From contig JAZKIF010000081.1 of assembly GCA_040385005.1 (NCBI GenBank), positions 18,518 through 82,517 of the forward strand: 64,000 nt of DNA, written 5' to 3'. Of this stretch, positions 36,007-45,977 are shown piece after piece. This DNA comes from Pseudomonadota bacterium (GTDB taxonomy: Bacteria > Pseudomonadota > Gammaproteobacteria > Burkholderiales > Burkholderiaceae_C). The position numbers and the translations under genes were made by a program. Every line of letters starts with the position of its first letter. Within the stretch, counting starts at the first letter, position 1. The notes beneath the pieces are model-generated. The model did no database searches. It was not told where the DNA came from and was given only the letters and a program-made list of their open reading frames with translations.

Positions 36007-37017
36007 ATGCCCGAACTGGCGATCATCATCTGCGCCTACGCTCCGATGGAGGAGGTGTTCTCCAGGACCCTGGCCGCGGTGCGCGCGCTGACAATACCCG
36101 AGGGTGTGGAGATCGAATGCGTGATCGTGGACAACAACAACGATCCGCCGCTGGAGTCCCGCGCTTATGTGCGGGAGTTCCTGGGCGCGGTGAATTGGGC
36201 GCGGGTCATTTGCGAATCGAGGCAGGGCTTGAGCCACGCGCGCATGTCCGGCATCGGCGCCACGCGCGCGCCCGCCGTCATCTTCTTCGATGACGACAAT
36301 GAACCTGCTGTCGACTACCTCGTTCAGGCGGCACGGTGCCTTGCCGACTATCGGGATGTCTACGCATGGGGGCCGGGACGGATCGACGTGGCGTTCGATC
36401 CGCAGGTGCCGCACCGCCTGCGCGATGGTTTCCTTGCGCTGTTCCAGCATCGCGACTGCGAAGAGGTGCGTTACGGATGCGTGCCGGGCCGCTGGGAAGA
36501 CTACTACCCCTACGGCACCGGGCTGGTGGTGCGGCGCGAGGTGCTGGACCGTTATGCGCAGCGGGTCCTGCGCAAGGAACTGGGCGCGATCGGACGCACG
36601 GGGAAAAAACTCGGCAGCGCCGAAGACCTGCAAATCGTCTGGGAGGCGGTGCTCCTGCACAAGGCGGCAGGGATCAGCCCCACCCTGAAAATGACACACA
36701 TCGTCCCCGCGCATCGCGCCACCCCAGCGTATGCCGCCCGCCTGCTCTACGGCACAGGAGCGAGTTACCTTCCGGCCCTGGTCGAATCCTTTCCCGACGC
36801 ACGATCGCGCCTCTCCCGCATGCGGCTCAGCGGCGCCCATGTCGCGATCAGGCTGCTGAAGATCGCGTTGAGATCGGTGGCGACGGGCCGTCTCCCCATG
36901 TTGCGCGTCGAATTGGCCCGCTTCATGGGGCCGTCGGTCGGCCTGATCGATGCGACGTCGGCACCCGGCGAGCTGGCATGGGTCCGCCGATTGGCCTTGC
37001 GCCTGGGTCTGGAATGA
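36007..37017 (+). CDS. GT2 family glycosyltransferase
   Basis: VIVDNN, QGLSHAR, FFDDDN, SAEDL. Confidence 0.87.
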   Translation: MPELAIIICAYAPMEEVFSRTLAAVRALTIPEGVEIECVIVDNNNDPPLESRAYVREFLGAVNWARVICESRQGLSHARMSGIGATRAPAVIFFDDDNEPAVDYLVQAARCLADYRDVYAWGPGRIDVAFDPQVPHRLRDGFLALFQHRDCEEVRYGCVPGRWEDYYPYGTGLVVRREVLDRYAQRVLRKELGAIGRTGKKLGSAEDLQIVWEAVLLHKAAGISPTLKMTHIVPAHRATPAYAARLLYGTGASYLPALVESFPDARSRLSRMRLSGAHVAIRLLKIALRSVATGRLPMLRVELARFMGPSVGLIDATSAPGELAWVRRLALRLGLE

Positions 37018-37709
37018 CTTCACCCATCGTGCGAGGCATCAAAGTGGCGCTCGGGTGGATGCCCGCGGGGGCGACGCGTCCGCTGTTCGCGGCATGGCGC
37101 AGGCATTTCTGGTCTCGCAGGGCGGTGGCGATACGGCGAAAGAACCAGGAAGTCGCGCATACGCTGGTAGCGTCCGGCCGTCCCATCCAGCTCGAACTCG
37201 CGTCCTCGACAAGGCCGGGTCGAACCGACTGGACGTTCAGCGACATCCACGGAAACGGTGACCTGCAACTGGACCTCACGGAAGCGTTGCCGTTTCCGGA
37301 CGACTCGGTCGAGCGCATCTACTCCTCGCACCTGCTCGAGCATTTCTCCTATCCGCATCCCATGCTCGATCTGCTCGGCGAATGCCACCGCGTTCTGCGC
37401 AAAGGCGGGGAATTCAGTATCGCTGTTCCGAACGCGCGCATCTTCCTGGAGGCCTACGCATTGCGCAAGGAGCTTCCCGCGAACACCTACTTCGGCTGCG
37501 AAGTAGGGCTGACATTCGAGACGAAGATCGACTACGTGAATTTCATCGCCTACCTCGGGGATGAGCACAAGCACATGTTCGACGAAGAGAACATGGTGGC
37601 GATCCTCGCGCGCGCGGGCTTTCGCGAAGCGCGCATCCGCCCGTTCGACGCGCAGCTCGATCTCGAGTCCCGGCGCCACGAGTCGCTGTACGCGAGTTGC
37701 ATCAAGTAG
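37014..37709 (+). CDS. SAM-dependent methyltransferase (Methyltransf_11-like)
   Basis: DLTEALPFPDDSVERIYSSHLLEH, ECHRVLRKGG, VPN; the Gly-rich motif I is atypical (LELASS). Confidence 0.8.
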   Translation: MTSPIVRGIKVALGWMPAGATRPLFAAWRRHFWSRRAVAIRRKNQEVAHTLVASGRPIQLELASSTRPGRTDWTFSDIHGNGDLQLDLTEALPFPDDSVERIYSSHLLEHFSYPHPMLDLLGECHRVLRKGGEFSIAVPNARIFLEAYALRKELPANTYFGCEVGLTFETKIDYVNFIAYLGDEHKHMFDEENMVAILARAGFREARIRPFDAQLDLESRRHESLYASCIK

Positions 37710-37735
37710 TTGCCGGCACCGCCAATTCGCGCGAC

Positions 37736-38689
37736 ATGGAAACCCCTGTCCTCCTCATCATCTTCAAGCGCCCGGAACTCACGCGCCGGGCGCTGCACGC
37801 CATTGCGCAGGCGCGACCGAAAGTCCTGCTGGTCGCGGCGGATGGCCCGCGAACCCCGGAGGAAAAAATCCTCTGCGAACAAACTCGCCAGGTCATCGGC
37901 ACCGTGGATTGGCCGTGCGAGGTCCGCACCGATTATTCCGACACCAACCTCGGCTGCGGCATCCGCGTCCACACCGCAGTCGACTGGGCGCTGGCACAGT
38001 TCGAGGAAGTGATGATCCTCGAGGACGACTGCGTGCCGCATCGCTCGTTTTTCCGCTTCTGCGAGACGCTGCTTCGCCATTACCGGTCGGACACGCGTGT
38101 GATGCATATCAGCGGCAACAACTTCCAGCCCACCGCAGCAGCCACGCAACATTCAGACAGCTATTACTTCTCCAAGTACGCGCATGCATGGGGATGGGCC
38201 ACCTGGCGGCGCGCGTGGCGGCACTTCGACTGGCGCTTGCGGCAATGGCCGCAAGCGAAGGCGCAAGGCCTGCTGGAGCAGTGGTGCGAAACACCCTGGG
38301 AAAAGGATTATTGGCGAGCGACCTTCGATGCCATGTCCATGGGGGCGCCGGATGTCTGGGACTATCAATGGAACTTCGCGGTGTGGTCGCAAAACGGTCT
38401 TGTCATTCTTCCGCGCGTCAACCTGGTCTCGAACCATGGATGGGGTCCGGACGCAACCCATACGCGGGGCCACAACCCGTTCATGGATCTGGAAACCTTC
38501 GACATCGGGAACATCGTGCATCCGCCACTCTTCATACGCAACGTCGCGGCGGATCGGTTGACGTTCGAGCGCAACTACGGCGGCGCGGAGATGCGGGCCG
38601 AGCGCGGCTGGGGCCAGCGCATGAAGCGATTCGCGAAGCCGCTCTTGCGTCCGGCGCGCGCCTTGAAGCGATGGCTGTCAACCCGATGA
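37736..38689 (+). CDS. Nucleotide-diphospho-sugar transferase (HlpA-like GT-A)
   Basis: PVLLIIFKRP, AADGPR, NLGCG, ILEDDC, HISGNNF, WGWATWRRAW, WDYQW. Confidence 0.85.
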   Translation: METPVLLIIFKRPELTRRALHAIAQARPKVLLVAADGPRTPEEKILCEQTRQVIGTVDWPCEVRTDYSDTNLGCGIRVHTAVDWALAQFEEVMILEDDCVPHRSFFRFCETLLRHYRSDTRVMHISGNNFQPTAAATQHSDSYYFSKYAHAWGWATWRRAWRHFDWRLRQWPQAKAQGLLEQWCETPWEKDYWRATFDAMSMGAPDVWDYQWNFAVWSQNGLVILPRVNLVSNHGWGPDATHTRGHNPFMDLETFDIGNIVHPPLFIRNVAADRLTFERNYGGAEMRAERGWGQRMKRFAKPLLRPARALKRWLSTR

Positions 38690-40071
38690 GCCGTCCGCTC
38701 TCCATCCTGCAGGTCTCGCCATCCGACACAGGCGGCGGCGCGGAACGATCCGCGCTCACCTTGTGCGAGATGTACCGGCAGATGGGCCATGAGAGCTGGC
38801 TGGCGGTCGGCGCGAAATCGGACGACTCCGCGCACGTGTTCGAAGTCCCCAACGACGGCTCGCGCAATGCGTGGGTGCGCTGGTGGAGCGAGTCGCTGGC
38901 TCGCCACGATGCGGGCGCAAAGAAGGTCAGAGGCGCCGGGCGCGCGATGCGTGCATTGCGTGACCTGGGTCAGCTGCACCGCGTCGTGCGCGGGGAACTC
39001 GGTATCGACGACTTCGACTACCCCGCCACCCGCGACCTCTTGCAACTGCCGCCTTCGCCGCCCGACGTCGTGCATGTCCACAACCTCCACGGCGGGTACT
39101 TCGATCTGCGGGAACTCGCCACGCTCAGCCACCAAGTGCCCACGATCCTGAGCTTGCACGACGCATGGCTTGCCAGCGGCCACTGCGCCTTCTCGCTGGA
39201 CTGCGAACGCTGGACCATTGGTTGCGGACAGTGCCCGGACTTGAGTCTGTACCCGGCCGTCAAGCGCGACGCGACCGCGCACAACCACAGGGTCAAGCGC
39301 GACATCATGCGCAAGAGCCGCCTGTGCGTAACGACGCCGTCGCAATGGCTGATGGACCGGATCGAGCGGTCGCTTGTCGCACCGGCGATCCACGAGAGCC
39401 GCGTCATTCCCAACGGCATCGACACCACTGTCTTTTCACCGGGAGACCGCGACGCGGCGCGCGCGACGCTTGGCATCCCGGGCAACGCACGGGTCCTGCT
39501 GACCGTCGCGCGCGACATCGCGACCAATCCCTGGAAGGATTTCGCCACCTTGCGCGCGACCGTCGCGAAGGTCACGCAAGAAGCATTGCTGCTGGTGATC
39601 GGCGACGATCGCCCGCCGGAGCAGATCGGCCGCGTGCAAGTGAAATACATAGCCTTCGAACACGACCCGCAAGCGCTTGTGCGGTACTACCGCGCGGCAG
39701 ACATCTACGTGCACGCGGCAAAGGTGGAGTCCTTCGGGAACGTGATGCTGGAAGCGCGCGCATGCGCGACGCCGGTTGTCGCAACCTCCACCGGCGGTAT
39801 TCCCGAACACGTGCGAGGCTTGGCATGGCCCGGCGCGCCTCAGGACCAGCACTCGTTCGAGCCCGCTGAAGCCACGGGCGTGCTGACCCCAGTCGCGGAC
39901 AGCGACGCCATGGCGGCCGCCATCGACCTGTTGCTGCGCACGCCGGACCTGCGCGCCCAGCTTGGCGACACCGGAATGCACGACGTCCGTTCGCGGTTCA
40001 GCCTGCAACTCCAGGCCACACGCTTCCTCGATTGGTACCGTGAGCTGTGCCCGGAATCCAGGAAGCCCTGA
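38686..40071 (+). CDS. GT4 glycosyltransferase (WcaC-like)
   Basis: GGGAER, HVHNLHG, LHDAW..SGHC, CGQCP, IPNGID, ESFGNVMLEA. Confidence 0.88.
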   Translation: MSRPLSILQVSPSDTGGGAERSALTLCEMYRQMGHESWLAVGAKSDDSAHVFEVPNDGSRNAWVRWWSESLARHDAGAKKVRGAGRAMRALRDLGQLHRVVRGELGIDDFDYPATRDLLQLPPSPPDVVHVHNLHGGYFDLRELATLSHQVPTILSLHDAWLASGHCAFSLDCERWTIGCGQCPDLSLYPAVKRDATAHNHRVKRDIMRKSRLCVTTPSQWLMDRIERSLVAPAIHESRVIPNGIDTTVFSPGDRDAARATLGIPGNARVLLTVARDIATNPWKDFATLRATVAKVTQEALLLVIGDDRPPEQIGRVQVKYIAFEHDPQALVRYYRAADIYVHAAKVESFGNVMLEARACATPVVATSTGGIPEHVRGLAWPGAPQDQHSFEPAEATGVLTPVADSDAMAAAIDLLLRTPDLRAQLGDTGMHDVRSRFSLQLQATRFLDWYRELCPESRKP

Positions 40072-40072
40072 C

Positions 40073-40876
40073 GTGACCTCGACCGATCCGACCTGCGTCC
40101 CGCACTGGCCGAAAATCACCGTGGTGACGCCTTCCTACAACCAGGGCCGCTTCCTCGAGGCGACCTTGCGCAGCGTCCTGGAGCAGGACTATCCCAACCT
40201 CGAGTACATCGTCGTCGATGGCGGGAGCACCGACGAGTCGGTGGACATCATCCGCCGCTACGAGGACCGGTTGAACTATTGGCACTCGCGAAAGGACAAC
40301 GGGCAGGCGGACGCCATCGCGTCCGGCTTCGAAATGGCGACGGGGGAGATTCTCTGCTGGCTGAACTCCGACGACGTATTCCTGCCCGGGACTTTGCGCC
40401 ATGTAGCCGGCTTGTTCCTGCGGCATCCCGACAGCCGATTCGTCTACGGCAACCGGCGGGTGATCGACGAAAGCGGGGTGGTGACGGACAGCCATCACTG
40501 GCCGTATTTCATACATCGATACCACTGGGCGCTGGGCCAATACCTGGCGCAGGAATGCACGTTCTGGAAGGCCGACCTCTACCGTCAGGTCGGCGGCATC
40601 GACCGGTCCCGGTTCTTCATCATGGACTACGACCTCTTTTTCAGGATGTGGCGGGTCACGCGTTTTCGCAAGACGTCACGATTCCTGGGATCCATCCGCG
40701 TTCATGGCGAGACGAAGAACAGCCTGCATCAGCCGGTGCGCGAACGCGAGTTGGAAGAAGCGCTCGCCCGATACGGCATCAGGAAACCCGGCCCGCTGCT
40801 GCTGCGCGCGATCAACCGATTCGACCACTGGCAGACGAAATTCGAACGCTGGCTGATCCGGACGGGCCATGTTTAA
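40073..40876 (+). CDS. GT2 glycosyltransferase
   Basis: VVTPSYNQG, VDGGSTD, WLNSDD, MDYDLF. Confidence 0.9.
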   Translation: MTSTDPTCVPHWPKITVVTPSYNQGRFLEATLRSVLEQDYPNLEYIVVDGGSTDESVDIIRRYEDRLNYWHSRKDNGQADAIASGFEMATGEILCWLNSDDVFLPGTLRHVAGLFLRHPDSRFVYGNRRVIDESGVVTDSHHWPYFIHRYHWALGQYLAQECTFWKADLYRQVGGIDRSRFFIMDYDLFFRMWRVTRFRKTSRFLGSIRVHGETKNSLHQPVRERELEEALARYGIRKPGPLLLRAINRFDHWQTKFERWLIRTGHV

Positions 40877-41852
40877 CCGGGCGGTCCGCGCCGTTGGGCG
40901 ACGCCTCGCCGCCGCTATCGGACCGAGCCCCTCGGATGCGCACCTGTTCGCTCCGCGCGTCGCACTGGAAACTTCCCGGCCCGCGATTCGCGGACAGCAG
41001 GCCTCCGACTGGATCGAGTCGCAGATACGAGAGGGTGGTCCTTGCATGATCGCGCGCCTGGGTTCGGTCGAACTCGACGTCGTCGCGGATTACCTGTACG
41101 TGCGTGACGCCGCTCCGCGAAGCAAGCTTCATGGCTTGCTGTGCGGAAGGGGCTGGGCGGGGTGGGATGCGCAGCATGCGCGGCTGCTGCACAACAACGC
41201 TGGCTTTTTCCCTCCCACGCCGCCGGCGATGGAATCTTTCGCGCAACTCATGCTGCGCAGCATGGAGGACGTGGACCTGCTCGGCTCATGGGTGCCGGGT
41301 GAAAACCTGCTGGAGCCATCCCTTCGCAACGCGCGCATCTGCGGCCTGGCCGACCTGGAGCCGTACTACCATGCGAGCCCCTGGTCACGGGCGCTGTCGC
41401 ACAGGAGGGTGCTGGTCGTCCATCCATTCGCATCGTCTATCCAGAGCCAGTACCGCAACAACAGGAACCTTCTCTTCGCCAATCCGGATGTCTTGCCCGA
41501 GTTCGACCTGCTCACCTTCGAATCGGTGCAATCGAGCGCGGGAAATCCCACGCGCTTTCGCACCTGGTTCGACGCGCTGGACTGGATGACCGATCGGATC
41601 GCGCGCCTGGAATTCGACGTCGCGTTGATCGGCTGCGGCGCGTACGGTTTTCCCCTGGCTTCCCGGATCAGGAACATGGGCAGGCAAGCCATCCACCTGG
41701 GAGGCGCGGTCCAGATCCTCTTCGGGATCAAGGGTGGGCGATGGGATCGCCACCCGGCCATTTCCGCCTTGTTCAACGAACACTGGATTCGCCCCGGCGC
41801 CGCCGAGAGGCCCATCAACTTCATGGCGGTCGAGGACGGCTGCTACTGGTAG
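40869..41852 (+). CDS. Conserved polysaccharide-locus protein, possible GT-D-fold transferase
   Basis: MIARLGSVE, NNAGFFP, LEPY, VLVVHPF, FDVALIGCGAYGFPLA, AIHLGG, FGIKG.RW, VEDGCYW; fold call is inference. Confidence 0.7.
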   Translation: MFNRAVRAVGRRLAAAIGPSPSDAHLFAPRVALETSRPAIRGQQASDWIESQIREGGPCMIARLGSVELDVVADYLYVRDAAPRSKLHGLLCGRGWAGWDAQHARLLHNNAGFFPPTPPAMESFAQLMLRSMEDVDLLGSWVPGENLLEPSLRNARICGLADLEPYYHASPWSRALSHRRVLVVHPFASSIQSQYRNNRNLLFANPDVLPEFDLLTFESVQSSAGNPTRFRTWFDALDWMTDRIARLEFDVALIGCGAYGFPLASRIRNMGRQAIHLGGAVQILFGIKGGRWDRHPAISALFNEHWIRPGAAERPINFMAVEDGCYW

Positions 41853-43006
41853 CGCGCTCGCCCCAACCATGCCGCCCACCGGTCGGCCACCCAGGCCCGG
41901 ACCCACCTTCGGCCCGGAAACTCGACCCAGCGAAACGTCAAGGCGCTCATCGCGAAGGTCAACGCCATGAACGCGACCAGATGAAGATTGCCTTCCAGTG
42001 CGCCGCGCCCGAGCAGGCCCGTGACAGGATCGGGCTGGAAGGCATCTCCCGGGACGAAGCCGAAACGTTTGTGAAGCCAGTAGCCCAGCGAAGGCACGAG
42101 CGTCACCATGAGGACGTAGTGATTCAGGTAGATGGAATAGGAAACCTGCCCGAGCCACTGCGCGGGACGCTGGCGCAGCACGCGACTGACGACGCCAGCA
42201 TCGTGCGCATACACCGCCACGACGACGCCGAAGACGAGCGGAGCGGCGAGCGACCAGGCCGATTTGCCGACGGCCGCGACAAACCACAGGGCAGCGGCCG
42301 CGGTCACGATTTCGAGCAACGACGCCAGGTACCCCACAGGCGGCCGGTCTACCTGCACGCGCGGCCACCGCGCGCAAATCACCCCGGCACTGAAGCCGAA
42401 CATCGACCGGACGAGGCCGTAGTCATAGGAAACGTCCATGCCGCTGGACGACACCAGATAAATCCACGCCGGCGCAATCGAGACAACCGCCCAGAGCATC
42501 CACGTGCGAAGACCGAAGCGCGCAACCACCAGGGCGGCGAGCACGCATGTCCAGAATTCGGTGCTGATCGACCAGCTGGGAATGTTCCAGGTCAGCCGGT
42601 CATGGATGCCGAGGCTTTGCACCAGGAGCAGGTTGCTCAGGATCGCGGCCGGCTGGAACTGGCCTTCGAAAGTGGGCATCGGCGTCGGGTGACCGCGACC
42701 GTTGAGGAACTGGGCCAATTGATACGACACCAGGCACGCCAAGGTGAACAGGTGCAACGGATAAAGCCGGCCGATGCGCAACGCGACAAAAGGAAGAAAC
42801 CCCGGCCAGTCGCGCCTGTCGTTCAGGTACTTCGATGCGAGCACAAAACCGCTCAAAACGAAGAAGAAATCCACGAACAGGTAAGCGTTCTGGATCAGGG
42901 TCCAGGAGGACACCGGCGTATTTGCACGAAAATGGAACAGGGCAACCAGGCATGCGCAGATGCCTCGCCAGCCGTCCAGTGCCTCGAAGCGAGCGCCCTT
43001 CTCCAT
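41843..43006 (-). CDS. Acyltransferase_3 family O-acyltransferase
   Basis: LDGWRG, VDFFFVLSGF, RLYPLH, WSISTE, LGQVSYSIYL, VEFP; only minus-strand gene in the polysaccharide locus. Confidence 0.9.
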   Translation of the reverse strand: MEKGARFEALDGWRGICACLVALFHFRANTPVSSWTLIQNAYLFVDFFFVLSGFVLASKYLNDRRDWPGFLPFVALRIGRLYPLHLFTLACLVSYQLAQFLNGRGHPTPMPTFEGQFQPAAILSNLLLVQSLGIHDRLTWNIPSWSISTEFWTCVLAALVVARFGLRTWMLWAVVSIAPAWIYLVSSSGMDVSYDYGLVRSMFGFSAGVICARWPRVQVDRPPVGYLASLLEIVTAAAALWFVAAVGKSAWSLAAPLVFGVVVAVYAHDAGVVSRVLRQRPAQWLGQVSYSIYLNHYVLMVTLVPSLGYWLHKRFGFVPGDAFQPDPVTGLLGRGALEGNLHLVAFMALTFAMSALTFRWVEFPGRRWVRAWVADRWAAWLGRARYQ

Positions 43007-43101
43007 GCAGGTAATGTAGTTGACAATCGTGACCTTCCGACCCGCATGAACACCAGCACCCGCAGCCGGCGCCACTCGAATCCATTTGGAGAAAGTCAGG
43101 C

Positions 43102-44886
43102 ATGTGCGCCATAGCCGGATGGCAATTGCATCCCGGCAAATCCATGCCGCAGGATGTTGCCGAACGCATGGCGTTGTCCATGCGGCATCGCGGACCGGAC
43201 GACAGCGGCCGGTACAGCGACGCGGCCGGCGGCATCGTGTTCGCGCACCGCCGCCTGAGCATCATCGACCTCAGCCCCGCGAGCCATCAGCCGATGGTGG
43301 ATGAGCCCACCGGCATCGCGCTCACGTACAACGGCGAGCTCTACAACTTCCGCGAATTGCGCAGCGAGTTGCAGGCGCTCGGGCATGTGTTTCTTTCGTC
43401 CGGCGACACCGAGATCGTCCTGAGGTCCTACATCGCCTGGGGAACGGCCTGCTTCGACAGGTTTTCCGGCATGTTCGCCCTGGCGATCTGGGACGCCCGG
43501 ACCAGGACGCTGCACCTGGCACGCGACGCCACGGGCATGAAACCGCTTTACTTCATGCAAGGCGATGAAGGTTTCGTCTTCGCATCCGAGCTGAAGGCCT
43601 TTTCGCAGTGGCCGTCCTTCCAGCCCGCGTTGAACCCGCACGCGGTGCAGCAGTACCTCGAGTTCGGCTATGTCTTCGACACGGCGCAAACGATGCTGCA
43701 AGGCATCCAAAAGCTGGAGCCGGGGCAGCGCCTGGAAGTGCGCGAGGGCGAAATCCGCGCGACCGCGTCCTGGTACGTCCCGCCCGTCGCCCCGCGCGAA
43801 GGTCAGGACGAGCAATGCCGGGTCGGCGAACTGGGCGAGCTGCTGAACGAGGTCGTCACGCAGCACCTGATCGCGGACGTGCCGGTCGGCCTGCTTCTCT
43901 CAGGCGGGCTCGACTCCAGCGTCATCGCCGCGCTCGCCGCGAAGCGGGGGCCGCTGCAGACGGTGAGCATGGGTTTCACCGGCGGCGGCGTGGACGAGCG
44001 CGTTCATGCCCGCCAGGTCAGCCGGCATATCGGCTCCGAACACGTCGACGTGCTCATCTCCCCGGAAGAAGTCATGGCCGAAATATCGGGCGGCGCCTGG
44101 GTGTTCGACGACCTGTTCGCGGATTGGGGAACCGTCACCACGCGCCTGCTGTACCGGCGTTGCCGGGAAAAGGGACTGAAGGTCGTGCTGGTGGGTGAAG
44201 GCGCCGACGAACTGTTCGGCGGCTACGAGGTGTTCGACGCGCCCGCTCGCATGGGCTTCTGGAACACGTTCAAGCTGTACCAGCGCTACTCGGGCCGCAG
44301 GCACGGGCGCTTGTTCGGGGAGTTCCGCGCCATCATGCACGAGTATCTGGACCGCAGCGGCGGCGATGCCTTCTCGGCCATCCGGCTGTTCGAGGCGCGA
44401 CGGCAATTGCCCAACCAGTACGTCATGAAAGTCGACAAGGCCAGCATGGCCGAGAGTGTGGAGGCCCGCACCCCCTACCTGGACCGCCGGGTCGCCGACT
44501 TCGCGTTCGGCACCCCGCGCGAATGGTTGTCGAGGAACGGCGAGAACAAGTACCTGTTGCGCGCGCTGGCGCGCCGCGAGAACCTGTTGCCGCCGCATGT
44601 CTGCTCCAGACCGAAGTTCGGCGCTCCGCTCGATGCCGGATGGATGGACAACAATGCAGCGCTTCGAACATTCGCCCGCGCTCGAATTCTCGATTCAGGA
44701 AGCCAGACAAGCCGCCTCGGCCTGCGGTCCGCGATGCAGGCTTACTTCGATGAAGGGCGCGGCGGATATGCGTTCCCTGCGGCACTCTCGATCTTTCGAA
44801 ATATCGCCTGGAGGCTATTGCTCCTGGAGATGTGGTCGACCTCATATCTCACGCCGACCGCCAATCGGGCAGGCACCGGCCCATGA
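43102..44886 (+). CDS. asnB: Second asparagine synthase-like glutamine amidotransferase
   Basis: MCAIAG, HRGPD, HRRLSIID, NGELYN, LSGGLDS, GEGADELFGGY, KVDKASMA. Confidence 0.9.
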   Translation: MCAIAGWQLHPGKSMPQDVAERMALSMRHRGPDDSGRYSDAAGGIVFAHRRLSIIDLSPASHQPMVDEPTGIALTYNGELYNFRELRSELQALGHVFLSSGDTEIVLRSYIAWGTACFDRFSGMFALAIWDARTRTLHLARDATGMKPLYFMQGDEGFVFASELKAFSQWPSFQPALNPHAVQQYLEFGYVFDTAQTMLQGIQKLEPGQRLEVREGEIRATASWYVPPVAPREGQDEQCRVGELGELLNEVVTQHLIADVPVGLLLSGGLDSSVIAALAAKRGPLQTVSMGFTGGGVDERVHARQVSRHIGSEHVDVLISPEEVMAEISGGAWVFDDLFADWGTVTTRLLYRRCREKGLKVVLVGEGADELFGGYEVFDAPARMGFWNTFKLYQRYSGRRHGRLFGEFRAIMHEYLDRSGGDAFSAIRLFEARRQLPNQYVMKVDKASMAESVEARTPYLDRRVADFAFGTPREWLSRNGENKYLLRALARRENLLPPHVCSRPKFGAPLDAGWMDNNAALRTFARARILDSGSQTSRLGLRSAMQAYFDEGRGGYAFPAALSIFRNIAWRLLLLEMWSTSYLTPTANRAGTGP

Positions 44887-45971
44887 AAGCCACGAGCGGA
44901 GAGCACTTTGTCGCACTCGACCACGTGCGGGCCTTTGCGGCCTACCTGGTGATCGTCTGGCACTTCAACCACGGGCCGATCCCGTTCGACTACACCCCCT
45001 CGTTGATCCCTTTTGCGCTACTGGATGAAGGTCACACGGGGGTGGCGCTCTTCATGACGCTCAGCGGATACCTTTTCTCAAAATTGCTATTCAGGAAATC
45101 CTTCGATTACGCACAGTTCCTGAAAAATCGCGCGTTGCGACTCTTGCCGTTACTCGTTCTCGCTATCGTTGCAGGTGCCATGAACCTTGGTTCAGCTCGG
45201 CGTCTGCTGACTTATGGATATTCGGTGGTGAAAGGCGCGCTTCTGCCTACGCTGCCGAATGGAGGTTGGTCCGTAACGGTCGAAGCGCATTTTTATCTGC
45301 TCTTGCCGATTCTGCTGGCATTGATGAAGCGTTCTCGCCTGTTGCTTGTCGCGGTATTGCTGATCGCCATCGCAACCAGGTGCGCAATCTATTGGTACCG
45401 GGGCGAGGTACAACTGATGGCCTATTGGACAATTGTCGGCAGGATAGACCAGTTCATTTTGGGCATGCTGGCCTTCAGTTTTCGTACACGACTCGCCGCG
45501 CGTCACGCCGCGGTATTCGCCACGGGATGTGCATTCCTGACTCTGTATTGGGTGTTCGATCTCCACGGCGGCTTCTTCGCCAACGGCGGGGACCCCTCGC
45601 CGGGCGCGGCCTGGATCGTCCTGCCGACCCTGGAGGGCCTCGCCTATGCTATTTTTATCGCCTGGTACGACACTTCGTTCTCTCCGCGCTCGACAGGCAC
45701 CTCCGGGATCCTGGCAAAAGCAGGTCAGTACTCCTACTCGATCTATCTTCTGCACTTCTTTTTCGTATTCGACGCCGCGAAGTTCATCAACGAGCATGTT
45801 TCCGACCTGTCGAATTTCTATTGGGCCAGTGTCTGGGCTCTGTTGTTCATGTTTGCCATGATGCCGGTCGGTTACCTGAGCTATCGCTTTGTCGAGGCTC
45901 CATTCCTGAGACTTCGACGGCCTTATGTAACCGCAGATCGGCATCAATTCGTGTCGCCAATCAGTTCATGA
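44883..45971 (+). CDS. Acyltransferase_3 family O-acyltransferase (lower GC)
   Basis: LDHVRA, GVALFMTLSGY, RALRLLP, WSVTVEAHFY, SYSIYLLH, VEAPF. Confidence 0.9.
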   Translation: MKATSGEHFVALDHVRAFAAYLVIVWHFNHGPIPFDYTPSLIPFALLDEGHTGVALFMTLSGYLFSKLLFRKSFDYAQFLKNRALRLLPLLVLAIVAGAMNLGSARRLLTYGYSVVKGALLPTLPNGGWSVTVEAHFYLLLPILLALMKRSRLLLVAVLLIAIATRCAIYWYRGEVQLMAYWTIVGRIDQFILGMLAFSFRTRLAARHAAVFATGCAFLTLYWVFDLHGGFFANGGDPSPGAAWIVLPTLEGLAYAIFIAWYDTSFSPRSTGTSGILAKAGQYSYSIYLLHFFFVFDAAKFINEHVSDLSNFYWASVWALLFMFAMMPVGYLSYRFVEAPFLRLRRPYVTADRHQFVSPISS

Positions 45972-45977
45972 TGAGCC

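Noticed and set aside
33195-40071. Apparent long N-terminal extensions or fusions (706-aa Wzt, 836-aa GT4; also the 730-aa carbamoyltransferase at 55754)
   Set aside because: The extensions overlap upstream genes in another frame; true starts are the ATGs overlapping the upstream stop codons.
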